Assembly (NCBI GenBank): GCA_016715885.1
Contig: JADJXL010000022.1
Location: forward strand, 11,588 to 75,587
Direction of reading: 5' to 3'
Length of the DNA: 64,000 bases
DNA from: Polyangiaceae bacterium
GTDB lineage: Bacteria > Myxococcota_A > Polyangia > Polyangiales > Polyangiaceae
Position 1 is the stretch's first letter; each line of letters begins with the position of its first letter. Shown piece after piece: positions 1 to 10,295 of this stretch. Under the pieces are notes generated by a model. It made no database searches, was not told where the DNA came from, and saw only the letters and a list, made by a program, of their open reading frames with translations. A program made the position numbers and the translations under genes.

Positions 1-3000
1 GTTGGGCAACTGTTGATCAACCTCCGATCTCCGGCGAATACGATTCGTTGGTTATCTACGTTGAATGGTGGCACTGGCGATGATTACATAGCGACGGTTT
101 TCGATTCCAATGCAACGATGCCCGTCACCGCCGTTGGTGCGCCATTCACGGGCGTCTTCCGACCGGAATACACGTTGACGCAATACGAGGGAACCGATTT
201 CCTGAATCAGAATGCGCTTGGTTCATGGAGCCTCGGAGTGGCCGATAACACGACCGGAACGTCGGGCACGGTCGAACGCTGGAGCTTGGCGTTGTGTTTG
301 GACACCGTCGTATTTTGCGGCAATGGGGTCGTCGATCCCGGCGAAGAGTGCGACGACGCCAATACGAACGATGCCGACGCGTGCACGCGCTTCTGCACCG
401 CCAACGAAGGGTGCGGTGACGGAAACATCGACCCCGGCGAACAATGTGACGACAGCAATGGTGCAGTGGGTAATGATTGTTCGCAGACGTGCGAAGTTGC
501 AATCACGTGCGGCGCTGGAGAGACGTCGATCGCCGTGACGAATGAAACGCCGACGTCGATCCCCGACAATAACTTGACATTCACGAGCTTGCCCGTGAAC
601 GTGGCGACGACGGGCAAAGTGCGAAAGGTGATTGCCACGATTGGCGGCATCAACCACACGGCAGATGCCGACTTGGACATTCAGCTACGTTCACCGAGCG
701 GCACGGTGCGCATCTTGTCCGATGACAATGGTGGCACCGGCGACAATTACAACACGACGATTTTCGACGACTCGGCAGGTGGAATGGTCGTCAATGCGAG
801 TGCGCCATTCAGATCGAAGTACCGTCCCGAGCAATCGTTGTCGACGACACCCGGGACCGATTTCCTGAGCGAGCCTGCCGCTGGAGAATGGGCGCTCGAG
901 GTGCGAGACGACGCGGCAACCAATGTCGGCACGTTCCTGAGCTGGACCCTCACGATGTGCGTTGCGACCGAGTGCGGAGATGGCAATCTGGGGCTCGGCG
1001 AAGAATGCGATGACGGCAATATGGTCGACAACGACCTTTGCTCCAACGGTTGTCAGCTCAATGGGGGCTGTGGCAATGGCAAGGTCGATGTCGGCGAAGC
1101 ATGCGACGACGACAACTTGGTATCGGGTGACGGCTGTTCCCCGACGTGCGACGTCGAATTGACATGCGCCCCTGGACAAACGTCGATCATGGTTGCAAAC
1201 GACACGCCGTTCGCCATGCCCGATGCGAATACGTTCGTCGATGCGCCCGTGAGCATTCCGACGGCGGGCGCCGTGAAGAAAGTCGTTGCGGTCGTCGGAG
1301 GCATCACGCATCCGAATGCGGCGGACGTGGACATCCAATTGCAATCGCCCATCGGCACGACACGCGGCCTGTCCAATGACCGAGGTGGCACGGACGACAA
1401 TTACAGATCGACGATCTTCGACGACTCGGCAACGACGGGCATTGCGTTTGCCACGGCGCCATTCTCCGGAAGATACCGGCCCGAGCAGACGATGTCGACG
1501 ACTGCGGGAACGGATTTTGCCCATCAAAACGCATTGGGCATCTGGAACTTGAAGGTCAGGGACGACGCCGTGGGTTTCCTCGGTACGTATGAAAGCTGGC
1601 GTTTGCTCATGTGCCTCGATACCGTCACGTATTGTGGCAATGGCATCGTCGATCCGGGCGAGGAATGCGACGACGGCAATCAAGTGGATGCCGATGCGTG
1701 CAGCAATGTGTGCAAAATGAATGAAGGTTGCGGTGATGGCAACATCGACGCTGGCGAATGGTGCGACGACAACAACGTGACCTCGGGCGATGGTTGTTCG
1801 TCGACCTGCGAAGTCGAAGTCACTTGCGCACCCGGTGAAACGCCGGTCATCGTCTCGGATGACCCCGCGAGCCCCATTCCGGACAACAATACGTTCGTCG
1901 ACTTCCCCCTGACGGTTTCCACGATAGGCGGGGTAAAGAAAGCCATGGTGGTCATTCGCAGCATCGTTCATCCGAACGTCGCCGACTTGGACATCCAATT
2001 GCTCGGGCCGAATGGGATGGTGCGTAATTTGTCCGATGACAACGGCGGAGTGAACGACAACTACGCGTCGACGTTCATTGCAGACTCGTTCACGTCGGCC
2101 ATCACCGGTGGCGCGGCGCCGTTCAGCGGCAAATACCGGCCCGAAGCATCGCTATCGGTCAATCCCAGTGTGGACTTCTCGTTGAAGAACGCAGCGGGCA
2201 CCTGGACACTTCAAGTGCGCGACGACGCAGCGACGAATGCCGGCACTTTCCACGGCTTTACGCTGGCTCTCTGCGTCGATGCCGCGAGCTACTGCGGCGA
2301 TGGAATCACCGGTGCCGGTGAAGAGTGCGACGACGGCAATACCGTCGATAACGACGCGTGTTCCAATGGCTGCCAGTTTACGGACGGTTGCGGCGATGGG
2401 AACCTCGACCCCGGCGAACAGTGCGACGACAATGACGTGGTATCGGGCGACGGTTGCTCGGCCACGTGCCAATTCGACATCGCATGCGGCAACGGTGAAG
2501 TACCCGTCCTGTTGTCGAATACGACGGCTACGTCCATTCCCGAAAATCCGAACGGCGTATTCAGCACGATGGACGTCGCCCAGCCTGGTGTCGTGCGAAA
2601 GGTCATTGCGTCGCTCGGTATCACCCATGCGTCGAATTCCCAAGTCTTCGCCTTCCTCGATTCTCCCTACGGCGTCCGGCGATTGCTCGCTTCGGGACTC
2701 GCAGGCAGCAACCAGACTGCCACGATATTCAGCGACGATGCGGCCATCGCCATCACCGGTGGAACAGCGCCGTACACAGGTCGCTTCAGGCCTGCACAGA
2801 CCATTTCGAATGCGGCTGGTTTTGCAAATCAAACCGCCATGGGCACCTGGCGTTTGCACGTCGGCGATGGCACGACAGGGACGGTCGGGACGCTCAATTC
2901 GTGGCGCCTCGCCCTTTGCATCGACCCGAGCGTCACGACGGTCTGCGGCAATGGTTATGTGGAACCCGGAGAAACCTGTGACGATGGCAATACGACGAGC

Positions 3001-3489
3001 GCCGACGGTTGCTCATCGACCTGTCAGCTCGAATTCACGTGCCCACCGGGCCAAGTGACCATCATGCAATCGTCCACCGACGGCCCGTTGCTCATTCCCG
3101 ATAACTTGTCGGCCGGTGTTCAAAGCGTCATCAACCTGGGCGATGCCTACACGGTGACCCGAGCGGTTGTCGTGGTCAACTCGATTACCCACTCGGTCGT
3201 CGGCGATCTCATCACGACACTCATCTCGCCTGCGGGCACGTCGGTCACGTTGAGCGCGAATGTCGGTTCGAGCGGCGATGATTATGTATCGACGGTTTTC
3301 GATGCTGGTGCAGCAACGCCGATTGCGTCGGGGACTGCTCCGTTCCGTGGAGTTTACGCGCCGACGGGGGTCCTCCCCAACGTGACTGCTCAAACGTCGA
3401 AGGGCACGTGGACGCTCAAGGTCGCGGACGACAACAGCGGCGCTGCCGGCTTGTTGAAATCGTGGACCATTGCGCTTTGCGGTAATTAG
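1..3489 (+). CDS. Secreted modular protein (5'-truncated at window edge): at least 6 tandem proprotein-convertase-type P-domains alternating with pairs of Myxococcus Cys-rich repeats (CxxxG..D.GEECDDGN)
   Basis: The ORF 13..3489 is open to position 1 in the same frame and the first residues (DLDI-like ...LRSP.GT...) lie mid-P-domain, so the gene starts upstream of the window. The P-domain signature (HT/HP..DLDIQL.SP.GT...L...GG..DNY..T.F.D..........G.W.L.V.D......G.L.SW.L..C) recurs 6 times and CGNG..D.GE.CDDGN-type Cys repeats recur 11 or more times. The module period is about 215 aa, or about 645 bp. Confidence 0.8.
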   Translation, partial: VGQLLINLRSPANTIRWLSTLNGGTGDDYIATVFDSNATMPVTAVGAPFTGVFRPEYTLTQYEGTDFLNQNALGSWSLGVADNTTGTSGTVERWSLALCLDTVVFCGNGVVDPGEECDDANTNDADACTRFCTANEGCGDGNIDPGEQCDDSNGAVGNDCSQTCEVAITCGAGETSIAVTNETPTSIPDNNLTFTSLPVNVATTGKVRKVIATIGGINHTADADLDIQLRSPSGTVRILSDDNGGTGDNYNTTIFDDSAGGMVVNASAPFRSKYRPEQSLSTTPGTDFLSEPAAGEWALEVRDDAATNVGTFLSWTLTMCVATECGDGNLGLGEECDDGNMVDNDLCSNGCQLNGGCGNGKVDVGEACDDDNLVSGDGCSPTCDVELTCAPGQTSIMVANDTPFAMPDANTFVDAPVSIPTAGAVKKVVAVVGGITHPNAADVDIQLQSPIGTTRGLSNDRGGTDDNYRSTIFDDSATTGIAFATAPFSGRYRPEQTMSTTAGTDFAHQNALGIWNLKVRDDAVGFLGTYESWRLLMCLDTVTYCGNGIVDPGEECDDGNQVDADACSNVCKMNEGCGDGNIDAGEWCDDNNVTSGDGCSSTCEVEVTCAPGETPVIVSDDPASPIPDNNTFVDFPLTVSTIGGVKKAMVVIRSIVHPNVADLDIQLLGPNGMVRNLSDDNGGVNDNYASTFIADSFTSAITGGAAPFSGKYRPEASLSVNPSVDFSLKNAAGTWTLQVRDDAATNAGTFHGFTLALCVDAASYCGDGITGAGEECDDGNTVDNDACSNGCQFTDGCGDGNLDPGEQCDDNDVVSGDGCSATCQFDIACGNGEVPVLLSNTTATSIPENPNGVFSTMDVAQPGVVRKVIASLGITHASNSQVFAFLDSPYGVRRLLASGLAGSNQTATIFSDDAAIAITGGTAPYTGRFRPAQTISNAAGFANQTAMGTWRLHVGDGTTGTVGTLNSWRLALCIDPSVTTVCGNGYVEPGETCDDGNTTSADGCSSTCQLEFTCPPGQVTIMQSSTDGPLLIPDNLSAGVQSVINLGDAYTVTRAVVVVNSITHSVVGDLITTLISPAGTSVTLSANVGSSGDDYVSTVFDAGAATPIASGTAPFRGVYAPTGVLPNVTAQTSKGTWTLKVADDNSGAAGLLKSWTIALCGN

Positions 3490-3521
3490 CCGACCTCACC
3501 CTGCAGCTCGCTTCATCGCCC

Positions 3522-4496
3522 TCACGACTCGAGCTGCGCTCGTCCCAATTCCACTTTCGCTTTCGGTGCAACGCTCGTCGTGTTCTCTTCGGCCCCAAGC
3601 AGCCCGTGCACGTTCCGCTCGATCGTCGCGGAAATGTCGTCGAGCGGCAAGTGGCTCAAGTTCCCCAGTGCAAACGGATTTTGCAGCTCCACCGCGATTT
3701 GATCGAGCGACGTCAATGGATACGCAACCAGCATCGTCACGACCGGCACCGCCCATTGAGAATCCATCTTGTGCAAGAGAGCGAAAGGCAAAGAGACCAG
3801 GAAAAATAGAATGAAACGCCTGATTTTGATGGCATACACGAGTGGCAAGGGCGTCTTCAGAATTCGTTCGCACGCGCCGATGTGATCGATGAGCTGCGCT
3901 CGCTCCTTGTCCGCCTGCATGAAAGCGAACGCATCCATTCCGTGTTTTTCACGCGCTTCTCGCAAGAGCTCGGCCAGCTTTTGCGCGACGAACGACGGCA
4001 TGTGACCCGATGCCCCAAGCCGCCTCGTTTCTTCAGCGCCGACGAGCGCCTCGACTTCGCTGCCAGGACGTTCGCCCCGGAGGCTTGCACGCGCAATGTG
4101 CGGAAATACCGCCGCCCATTTCACCATGCGCCTGCGCCAGTCCAGATCGGCCGGGCCATACGAAAGCGCAGTGATCGCAAGATTGCGCGATTGATTGACG
4201 ATCACACCCCATATCTTACGCGCCTCCCACCAGCGATCATGCCCCGCATTCGTGCGCAAAATGAGGAGCAACGCAAGCGCGGCACCCGCCATCTCGTGCG
4301 GCCCGACTTCGAGCGCGATGGCGACTTGGAACCGCGATTCGATGGCGTCGCTGACGAGGCAAATGATCGAGGCGATGAAGCCGCACGCAAGGACGTGCGG
4401 AATCACGTAGGGCGTAATCGAACCTTCGATCGCTATCGCTTGCCGAAGGAAGGTCGAAAGGGAACGATGACTCATGGCCTCGTGAGGATATCGCAA
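3522..4496 (-). CDS. Bestrophin/UPF0187 (YneE-like) family membrane protein, putative anion channel
   Basis: The 324-aa ORF carries ...DRWWEARKIWG... and ...ELQNPFALGN..LPLDD... motifs that resemble the conserved bestrophin RWWE and NPFG-D motifs, and has hydrophobic helices. Confidence 0.55.
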   Translation of the reverse strand: MRYPHEAMSHRSLSTFLRQAIAIEGSITPYVIPHVLACGFIASIICLVSDAIESRFQVAIALEVGPHEMAGAALALLLILRTNAGHDRWWEARKIWGVIVNQSRNLAITALSYGPADLDWRRRMVKWAAVFPHIARASLRGERPGSEVEALVGAEETRRLGASGHMPSFVAQKLAELLREAREKHGMDAFAFMQADKERAQLIDHIGACERILKTPLPLVYAIKIRRFILFFLVSLPFALLHKMDSQWAVPVVTMLVAYPLTSLDQIAVELQNPFALGNLSHLPLDDISATIERNVHGLLGAEENTTSVAPKAKVELGRAQLES

Positions 4497-4529
4497 TGCG
4501 CGAGGCTCGCAACGACAAACGCTGTGTTT

Positions 4530-5006
4530 TCACGACTTCGACGCAGGGGAAGACTTGGCCAGCATCGAGTCCAAGGCATAACGACCGCCGCCCCAAATTA
4601 CGAGCGGAATCCCGAGCGCCAGGGTGAGTAGATGATATTCGAATCCCTCACCCGATTTCGCTCCATGCCAATTCATGAAAAAACCCATCGGAGCGTGCAC
4701 CAAGACGATGGCGCCGAGCATGATCAAGGTAATGCCAAAAGCGGCCAGGCGCGTCGCGAGACCCAATATGAGCAGCAGCGCGCCAAAGAATTCCCCGATG
4801 ATCACGAGAAACGCAATGGGCGCAGGAAACTGCATCATGGTAAAGGTTTCCATGGTCTTGCTGAATCCCTGACCTCCAAACCAGCCAAGGACCTTCTGCG
4901 CGCCATGAGGAAACATGACGACGCCCAGCACGACACGCTGAATGAGTAGTGCGGAATTCGATGCGTCGGTGGCGAAAAACCTGCGAAGCCAGCCGTCCGA
5001 ATTCAT
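4530..5006 (-). CDS. DoxX family membrane protein
   Basis: The 158-aa protein is predicted to have 4 TM helices and a DoxX-like sequence (VVLGVVMFPHGAQKVLGWFGG...). Confidence 0.65.
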   Translation of the reverse strand: MNSDGWLRRFFATDASNSALLIQRVVLGVVMFPHGAQKVLGWFGGQGFSKTMETFTMMQFPAPIAFLVIIGEFFGALLLILGLATRLAAFGITLIMLGAIVLVHAPMGFFMNWHGAKSGEGFEYHLLTLALGIPLVIWGGGRYALDSMLAKSSPASKS

Positions 5007-5186
5007 GCTTAGCTCCTCCCGCTTCGGTGAAATCTATGTGTCTGCGGGCTGCGGCGGCATCCGGCATTGGGTGCAGAAGCGCTCGAAGGCGAGCATGATC
5101 GAGCGGGCAGACGTTGGCTCGAAACTCGGTCAGCGGTACTCATGCGACTGTCATTCGAGAGAATACCGGGCGGGTGTCTTTCAGGT

Positions 5187-7337
5187 TCACTGGTTCAGAA
5201 TGAGCGCATTCAGCGCACCTTGAATGATGGAGGCATCGCCCGCGCTGACGAGGGCCCCGCCGGGTGCATTGACCGAACCCGCAAGCCTCGCTTGCACCTT
5301 GATGGTATGCGTTCCGGGCGCAAGGTTGACGACCTGTCCCATGCCCCAGAAAGCCGTGGGACTCTGCCAGTTGGCAGCATTGTTGAGGCAATACAGGCGC
5401 TGGAAACCACCGTGCGGGAGCGCGGCGCCATCCACGATGAGCTGGATGTCCACGACCACGCTGCAGCTCGTCACGGTGCAGGTCAATGCCGGGACGACCC
5501 CGCCGTCGGTCTCGATGTAGACGAAGCTGCCGCCCGCTGAGGCGGGGACGTTGATCGTGGTATTGAGGCCCGGGACATCCGCGAACGTGAACGTGGTGGT
5601 GGTCAATGACCCGGTGCCCCAGGCATACGCCGCGGCTTGGCCGGTCGTACCCGTTGCGCCCGTGGGACCGGCGGGACCTTGCGGCCCGGTAGGTCCGACG
5701 TTGCCCTGGGGACCTTGAGCGCCGGTAGCACCCGTGGGCCCAGCGGGACCTTGAGGCCCCTGCGCACCGGTAGCGCCCGTAGGTCCGACGGGACCTTGCG
5801 GCCCCATGGGGCCCACGTTTCCTTGTGGACCCTGAGCGCCGGTGGCCCCGGTGGGCCCGATGGGACCTTGAGGCCCCTGCGCACCGGTAGCGCCCGTAGG
5901 TCCGATGGGACCTTGAGGCCCCGTGGGGCCCACGTCGCCCTGGGGTCCGGTAGGTCCGACCTCCCCTTGAGGCCCTGTCGGACCCATAGGCCCGGCAGGT
6001 CCGACCTCCCCTTGAGGCCCCGTGGGGCCCATGTTTCCTTGTGGACCCTGAGCGCCGGTGGCCCCGGTGGGCCCGACGTCGCCCTGCGGTCCCTGCGCAC
6101 CGGTAGCGCCCGTAGGTCCGATGGGACCTTGAGGCCCCGTGGGGCCCACGTCGCCCTGGGGTCCGGTAGGTCCGACCTCCCCCTGAGGCCCTGTCGGACC
6201 CATAGGCCCGGTAGGTCCGACCTCCCCTTGAGGCCCCGTGGGGCCCATGTTTCCTTGTGGACCCTGAGCGCCGGTGGCCCCGGTGGGCCCGACGTCGCCC
6301 TGCGGTCCCTGCGCACCGGTAGCGCCCGTAGGTCCGATGGGACCTTGAGGCCCCGTGGGGCCCACGTCGCCCTGGGGTCCGGTAGGTCCGACCTCCCCTT
6401 GAGGCCCTGTCGGACCCATAGGCCCGGTAGGTCCGACCTCCCCTTGAGGCCCCGTGGGGCCCATGGCTCCTTGTGGACCCTGAGCGCCGGTGGCCCCGGT
6501 GGGCCCCATGTCCCCCTGCGGTCCCATTGGCCCCATCGGACCCATCGGTCCGATGTCCCCTTGCGGTCCCATTGGCCCTGTCGGCCCCATCGGTCCGATG
6601 TCCCCTTGCGGACCCGTTGGCCCCATCGGACCCATCGGTCCCGTAGGGCCGGTCTCTCCCTGAGCGCCCGTTGCACCGGTTGGGCCCATCGGCCCCGGAT
6701 CACCCTGCAGACCCATCGGTCCCATCGGTCCAATGTCCCCTTGCGGACCCGTTGGCCCAGGCAAACCGTCCGCACCGGTTGGTCCGGCGGGCCCTGCGGC
6801 ACCCTCCGCACCCTGTGGACCCGTCGCACCCGTCGCGCCGGTCGGCCCCACGAGCCCCGTGGGCGGGCCAACCCATTCGCCATTGTTGTTGATGACTTCC
6901 GTGCCCCCGATGGAAACGCTCGTCGGATGAATGTCACCGTTGACATCCTGCGCGAGAAGCGCATAGGGCACGCTTTGTATCGGCGCGCGAGGCAGAAGCT
7001 CGGGTTCGCTGCCGACGGTGATTCCGAAATAGCGCAGCGATCCGTCGAATATTTTGTCCCCAAACGGGTTCTTCGAGCCGAGCGAAACCGAGTAGTAGCC
7101 TTCTTCGAAGGAGACCGAGTGCGTCTCGCTCCAAATGGGCACCGTGGCGTCCACCGTGTCGTAGATGGCGAACACCACTTCGAGCGATCCATCGATGGGC
7201 GCGCCATCGACATCGAAGAGCCGGCCTTGGTTGGTGATGGTTTGCGGAACGGCGGCGAGCGCATGATCAGCGACTGCAAAAATGCTGGTGGCCAGGATGG
7301 TCGCCGCAGCCCATTGCCGAAGTTTGCGAATCCTCAT
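5187..7337 (-). CDS. Secreted collagen-like triple-helix repeat protein (about 480 aa of Gly-X-Y) with a signal peptide and a C-terminal non-collagen domain
   Basis: The G-P-x-G-x-x run is uninterrupted. Starting at Met 7337 gives a signal peptide ([29 protein letters not shown]); the ORF finder extends to 7379. The C-terminal approximately 150 aa is a Thr/Val-rich beta domain. Confidence 0.85.
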   Translation of the reverse strand: MRIRKLRQWAAATILATSIFAVADHALAAVPQTITNQGRLFDVDGAPIDGSLEVVFAIYDTVDATVPIWSETHSVSFEEGYYSVSLGSKNPFGDKIFDGSLRYFGITVGSEPELLPRAPIQSVPYALLAQDVNGDIHPTSVSIGGTEVINNNGEWVGPPTGLVGPTGATGATGPQGAEGAAGPAGPTGADGLPGPTGPQGDIGPMGPMGLQGDPGPMGPTGATGAQGETGPTGPMGPMGPTGPQGDIGPMGPTGPMGPQGDIGPMGPMGPMGPQGDMGPTGATGAQGPQGAMGPTGPQGEVGPTGPMGPTGPQGEVGPTGPQGDVGPTGPQGPIGPTGATGAQGPQGDVGPTGATGAQGPQGNMGPTGPQGEVGPTGPMGPTGPQGEVGPTGPQGDVGPTGPQGPIGPTGATGAQGPQGDVGPTGATGAQGPQGNMGPTGPQGEVGPAGPMGPTGPQGEVGPTGPQGDVGPTGPQGPIGPTGATGAQGPQGPIGPTGATGAQGPQGNVGPMGPQGPVGPTGATGAQGPQGPAGPTGATGAQGPQGNVGPTGPQGPAGPTGATGTTGQAAAYAWGTGSLTTTTFTFADVPGLNTTINVPASAGGSFVYIETDGGVVPALTCTVTSCSVVVDIQLIVDGAALPHGGFQRLYCLNNAANWQSPTAFWGMGQVVNLAPGTHTIKVQARLAGSVNAPGGALVSAGDASIIQGALNALILNQ
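5881..6528. repeat. Three near-identical head-to-tail 216-bp (72-aa) tandem repeats inside the collagen-like gene, with more diverged copies extending to about 5665 and about 6700
   Basis: The string gcaccggtagcgcccgtaggtccgatgggaccttgaggccccgtggggcccacgtcgccctggggtccggtaggtccgacctcccc recurs at 5881, 6097 and 6313, a spacing of 216 bp. Confidence 0.9.
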
Positions 7338-7450
7338 GTCGCGCTCCACGCTCGAATCGCCCAGGGCACAAAGTCCCATCCGAGCTTTCCACGAGGCTAC
7401 GTGAAACGTTCACTGGCGGTCAATGCCGGTGCGCGTGCTCGACCGTGAGT

Positions 7451-7520
7451 CTCGGGCCCCCCATCGTAAACAAGCCTCGCGCAGCGCGCGTCCCACGTGC
7501 GCTGCGCGAGCGTACAAATC
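7451..7520. repeat. Intergenic repeat copy R1 (CCCCCCATCGTAAACAAG + about 50-nt GC-rich extension), about 80% identical to 27405-27470
   Basis: Direct alignment of 7441-7520 with 27400-27480 (gagtctcgggccccccatcgtaaacaagcctcgcgcagcgcgcgtcccac... versus gagcctcggcccccccatcgtaaacaagactctcgcgagcgcgtgtcccac...). Confidence 0.7.
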
Positions 7521-7686
7521 AAGGCCCGCTCTCGATCCCCCCAGATTGACAATCAGGCCCCTTTACGTCTCCGAAAAACCCTGAGAAGATGACAACGTTG
7601 TGCGCTCGGGTCGATGACGACGCGCGGCGCCATTTGGGGCTCGGCTGCTTCGGCGTGCTTCGCCCTTGATTCTATCGGAGGAAACC

Positions 7687-9363
7687 ATGCGCTTGATTGT
7701 TTCTCCCACGTTGCTTGCCATTTCTTGCGTCGCACTGTTCACCGCGGGCTGTAGTCCGACGGTCGATTCGTCTCCCTTGGCAACGGGCGGCGCTGGGGGC
7801 GAAGGTGGAGCTGGCGGCGCAGGAGGGGAGGCCGGCCAAGGTGGCGGCGGCGGCCCTTCGTGCATTCCCGAAGCCGAACAATGTGACGGGATGGACAACG
7901 ATTGCGACGAGCAAGTCGACGAGGACTGTCCGTGCATCGATGGTCAAACGCAAGACTGTTATTCGGGGCCGATGAACACGAGCGGCGTGGGCGCTTGCAT
8001 CGGTGGGCAGCAGACATGTAACCTTGCCGGCGAATGGGGACCGTGCATGGGCGAAGTGCTTCCCGGCACCGAAACGTGCAACAACGTGGATGACGATTGC
8101 AATGGTCTCGTCGACGACATGGGGACGACGTCGTGCGGCGTGGGTGCTTGCGGCGCAACGGTATTGGTGTGCGAAAACGGGCAGATGAATAGCTGCGTCC
8201 CGGGCAATCCGTCTCCCGAGCTATGCGATGGGCTCGACAACGATTGCGATCAGCTCGTGGATGAAACGTATCCCGGCAAAGGAAGCGCGTGCGATACCGG
8301 CGTTCCCGGCGCATGCGCGGCAGGGAAAACCGATTGCCTCATGGGCGCACCCATGTGCGTGCAAGACGTCATGCCGACGACGGAGATCTGCAATGGCGTC
8401 GATGACGATTGCAATGGCATGGCGGACGACAACATCGCGGGCACGGGCACGGCTTGCGGGACCGGGCTTGCGGGTGTGTGTTCGCAAGGTACCTATTCGT
8501 GCAAGTTCAACGTCATCGATTGTCATCCGGACATTCCCGCATCGCCCGAAATGTGCAATGGTCTCGACGACGATTGCGACGGCGTGACGGACGAAGACGA
8601 TCCTCAAGGTGGCGCCGTGTGCATGACGGGCATGCCCGGCATTTGCGCGACGGGCATCGAGCATTGCAATGGCGGCGCGATCGCGTGCGTGCCCGATTCG
8701 CTCGGGAATCCCGAGCTATGCAACGGCCTCGACGACAACTGCGATGGCATGGTCGATGAAAACAACCCGGGCGGCAACGCCGCGTGCGGATGCGGCGGCA
8801 CGACGCAATGCCAAAGTGGAGCGCTCAATTGCATCGGCGGCCCGACGACGTACTTCATCGAAGACTTCGCGGACAACGAAGCCGGCTGGACGCTCGATAC
8901 GGAATGGCAGATCGCGCCCGCCGTGTCGGGCTGCAGCGGTTACGATCCCGGTACGGATACGACGCCGACATCGGACAATGGCATCGCTGGCGTTGCCATC
9001 GGTGCATGCGCAGCGACGTCGAGCACGCACCCATACTATTACCTGACGAGCCCCGTCATCAATACGGCAAATGCGCCTGCAGTATTCCTGCAATTCCGAC
9101 GGTGGCTCACGAGCGACTATACGCCGTACATGAAGAACGTGATCGAAGTGTACAACGGCTCGAGCTGGGTGGTCGTTTGGGAAACGTTCGGCTCACCTGG
9201 AGTGACCGACACGTCCTGGCAAACGCCGGTGTACGACATTACGGCGCACAAAAATGCAAATATGCGAGTTCGCTGGGGATTCAATGTCGGATCGACCGGC
9301 GCATTCTCTCGCGGCCAATGGAACATCGACGACGTGCTCGTTGCGTCCGCCGCGTGCCCCTGA
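7687..9363 (+). CDS. Lipoprotein with 8 or more MopE-type putative metal-binding Cys repeats (E.CNG.DDDC[DN]G..DE) and a C-terminal jellyroll/MAM-like domain
   Basis: A GGAGG ribosome-binding site lies 5 nt before ATG 7687. The lipobox reads LFTAGC and is followed by a Gly-rich linker. A C-x-G-x-D-(D/N)-D-C-(D/N)-G motif repeats about every 45 aa. The last 180 aa are Cys-poor beta-rich sequence. Confidence 0.75.
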   Translation: MRLIVSPTLLAISCVALFTAGCSPTVDSSPLATGGAGGEGGAGGAGGEAGQGGGGGPSCIPEAEQCDGMDNDCDEQVDEDCPCIDGQTQDCYSGPMNTSGVGACIGGQQTCNLAGEWGPCMGEVLPGTETCNNVDDDCNGLVDDMGTTSCGVGACGATVLVCENGQMNSCVPGNPSPELCDGLDNDCDQLVDETYPGKGSACDTGVPGACAAGKTDCLMGAPMCVQDVMPTTEICNGVDDDCNGMADDNIAGTGTACGTGLAGVCSQGTYSCKFNVIDCHPDIPASPEMCNGLDDDCDGVTDEDDPQGGAVCMTGMPGICATGIEHCNGGAIACVPDSLGNPELCNGLDDNCDGMVDENNPGGNAACGCGGTTQCQSGALNCIGGPTTYFIEDFADNEAGWTLDTEWQIAPAVSGCSGYDPGTDTTPTSDNGIAGVAIGACAATSSTHPYYYLTSPVINTANAPAVFLQFRRWLTSDYTPYMKNVIEVYNGSSWVVVWETFGSPGVTDTSWQTPVYDITAHKNANMRVRWGFNVGSTGAFSRGQWNIDDVLVASAACP

Positions 9364-9376
9364 TTCGCGACGTGCC

Positions 9377-10288
9377 ATGTTGAAGCATCTCGCTCCGTGC
9401 GTGGTCGCCATCGTATCGCTATCGGCGATACCAGCGGCTGCGCACGAGGGCGTGAGCGCCGAAATCGTGGCGCTCGATATCAAAATCCAAAAGCACCCCA
9501 AAGATGCGTCGCTCTACATCGAGCGCGCCGCGCTGTACCGTCGCGAGGGCAAGTTCGTCGTGGCGCTCGACGACCTCGCGGCTGCGCATAAACTCGATCC
9601 GACGCGACGTGAAATCGCTCTCGAACGAGGGCTCACGCTCGCCGCAAAAGGCGATTCGAAAGAAGCCGAGGCGGCCCTGGGTGTTTATCTCGCGTCGGGT
9701 CCACCATCGGTCAAAGCGCTCGAAGCGCGCGGGAAAATCCGCGAAAAGGCAAAACGATTCGCCGAAGCTCGGTCGGACTATGCGGCTGCAGTCGTCCTGA
9801 AACCCGATCCTGAATTGTTTTTGGCTCGCGGCCGCATGGATGAAGCGCTCGGGCATTGGGACGCTGCGGTTCGAGGCTATGAAGAGGGATTGCGGGTGTT
9901 GTCGGGTGCCATCGTCCTTCGATTGGCGCTCGTCCGAGCCGAAGGCAAACGAGGCCATTACGATCGAGCCATCGCGCTCATCGACGAAGTTTTACCGGCG
10001 CTTCCTGTCAAGACCGAATGGCTGCTCCTCCGAGCGCAGCAGCATGCGGCGGCGGGCCGTGCCGAACATGCCCGCAAAGATCGGGAAGAAGCATTGCGCG
10101 AAGTGGACGCGCGCCTGTCTCGCCGCCCTACGGATCTCGCTCGAATATCGCGCGCCAAAGCGCTCCTTGCGCTGGGGCGCAAACAAGAAGCCATCACCGA
10201 GCTGCAAGGCGTGATGGCTCGGTCGCCCAAACTCGAAGAAGCTCGCACGTTGCTCGATGAAATCAACAAAATAACGAATCGAAAGTGA
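9377..10288 (+). CDS. Secreted TPR-repeat protein
   Basis: A signal peptide (MLKHLAPCVVAIVSLSAIPAAA) is followed by helical Ala/Leu/Arg-rich 34-aa-like repeats. Start 9377 was chosen because the 5' part of ORF 9254 overlaps the upstream gene. Confidence 0.6.
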   Translation: MLKHLAPCVVAIVSLSAIPAAAHEGVSAEIVALDIKIQKHPKDASLYIERAALYRREGKFVVALDDLAAAHKLDPTRREIALERGLTLAAKGDSKEAEAALGVYLASGPPSVKALEARGKIREKAKRFAEARSDYAAAVVLKPDPELFLARGRMDEALGHWDAAVRGYEEGLRVLSGAIVLRLALVRAEGKRGHYDRAIALIDEVLPALPVKTEWLLLRAQQHAAAGRAEHARKDREEALREVDARLSRRPTDLARISRAKALLALGRKQEAITELQGVMARSPKLEEARTLLDEINKITNRK

Positions 10289-10295
10289 ACCGGAC

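Noticed and set aside
5637-7448. 603-aa plus-strand ORF and 558-aa minus-strand ORF (5603..7279) overlapping the collagen-like gene
   Set aside because: These are alternative frames of a GC-rich Gly-X-Y repeat. The translations are Arg/Pro/Gly low-complexity with no start context. The collagen-like frame, with a signal peptide and C-terminal domain, is the coherent one.
8221-9100. Multiple 90-190-aa ORFs on both strands inside the MopE-repeat lipoprotein gene
   Set aside because: They are frame artefacts of the Cys/Asp/Gly-rich repeat coding sequence.
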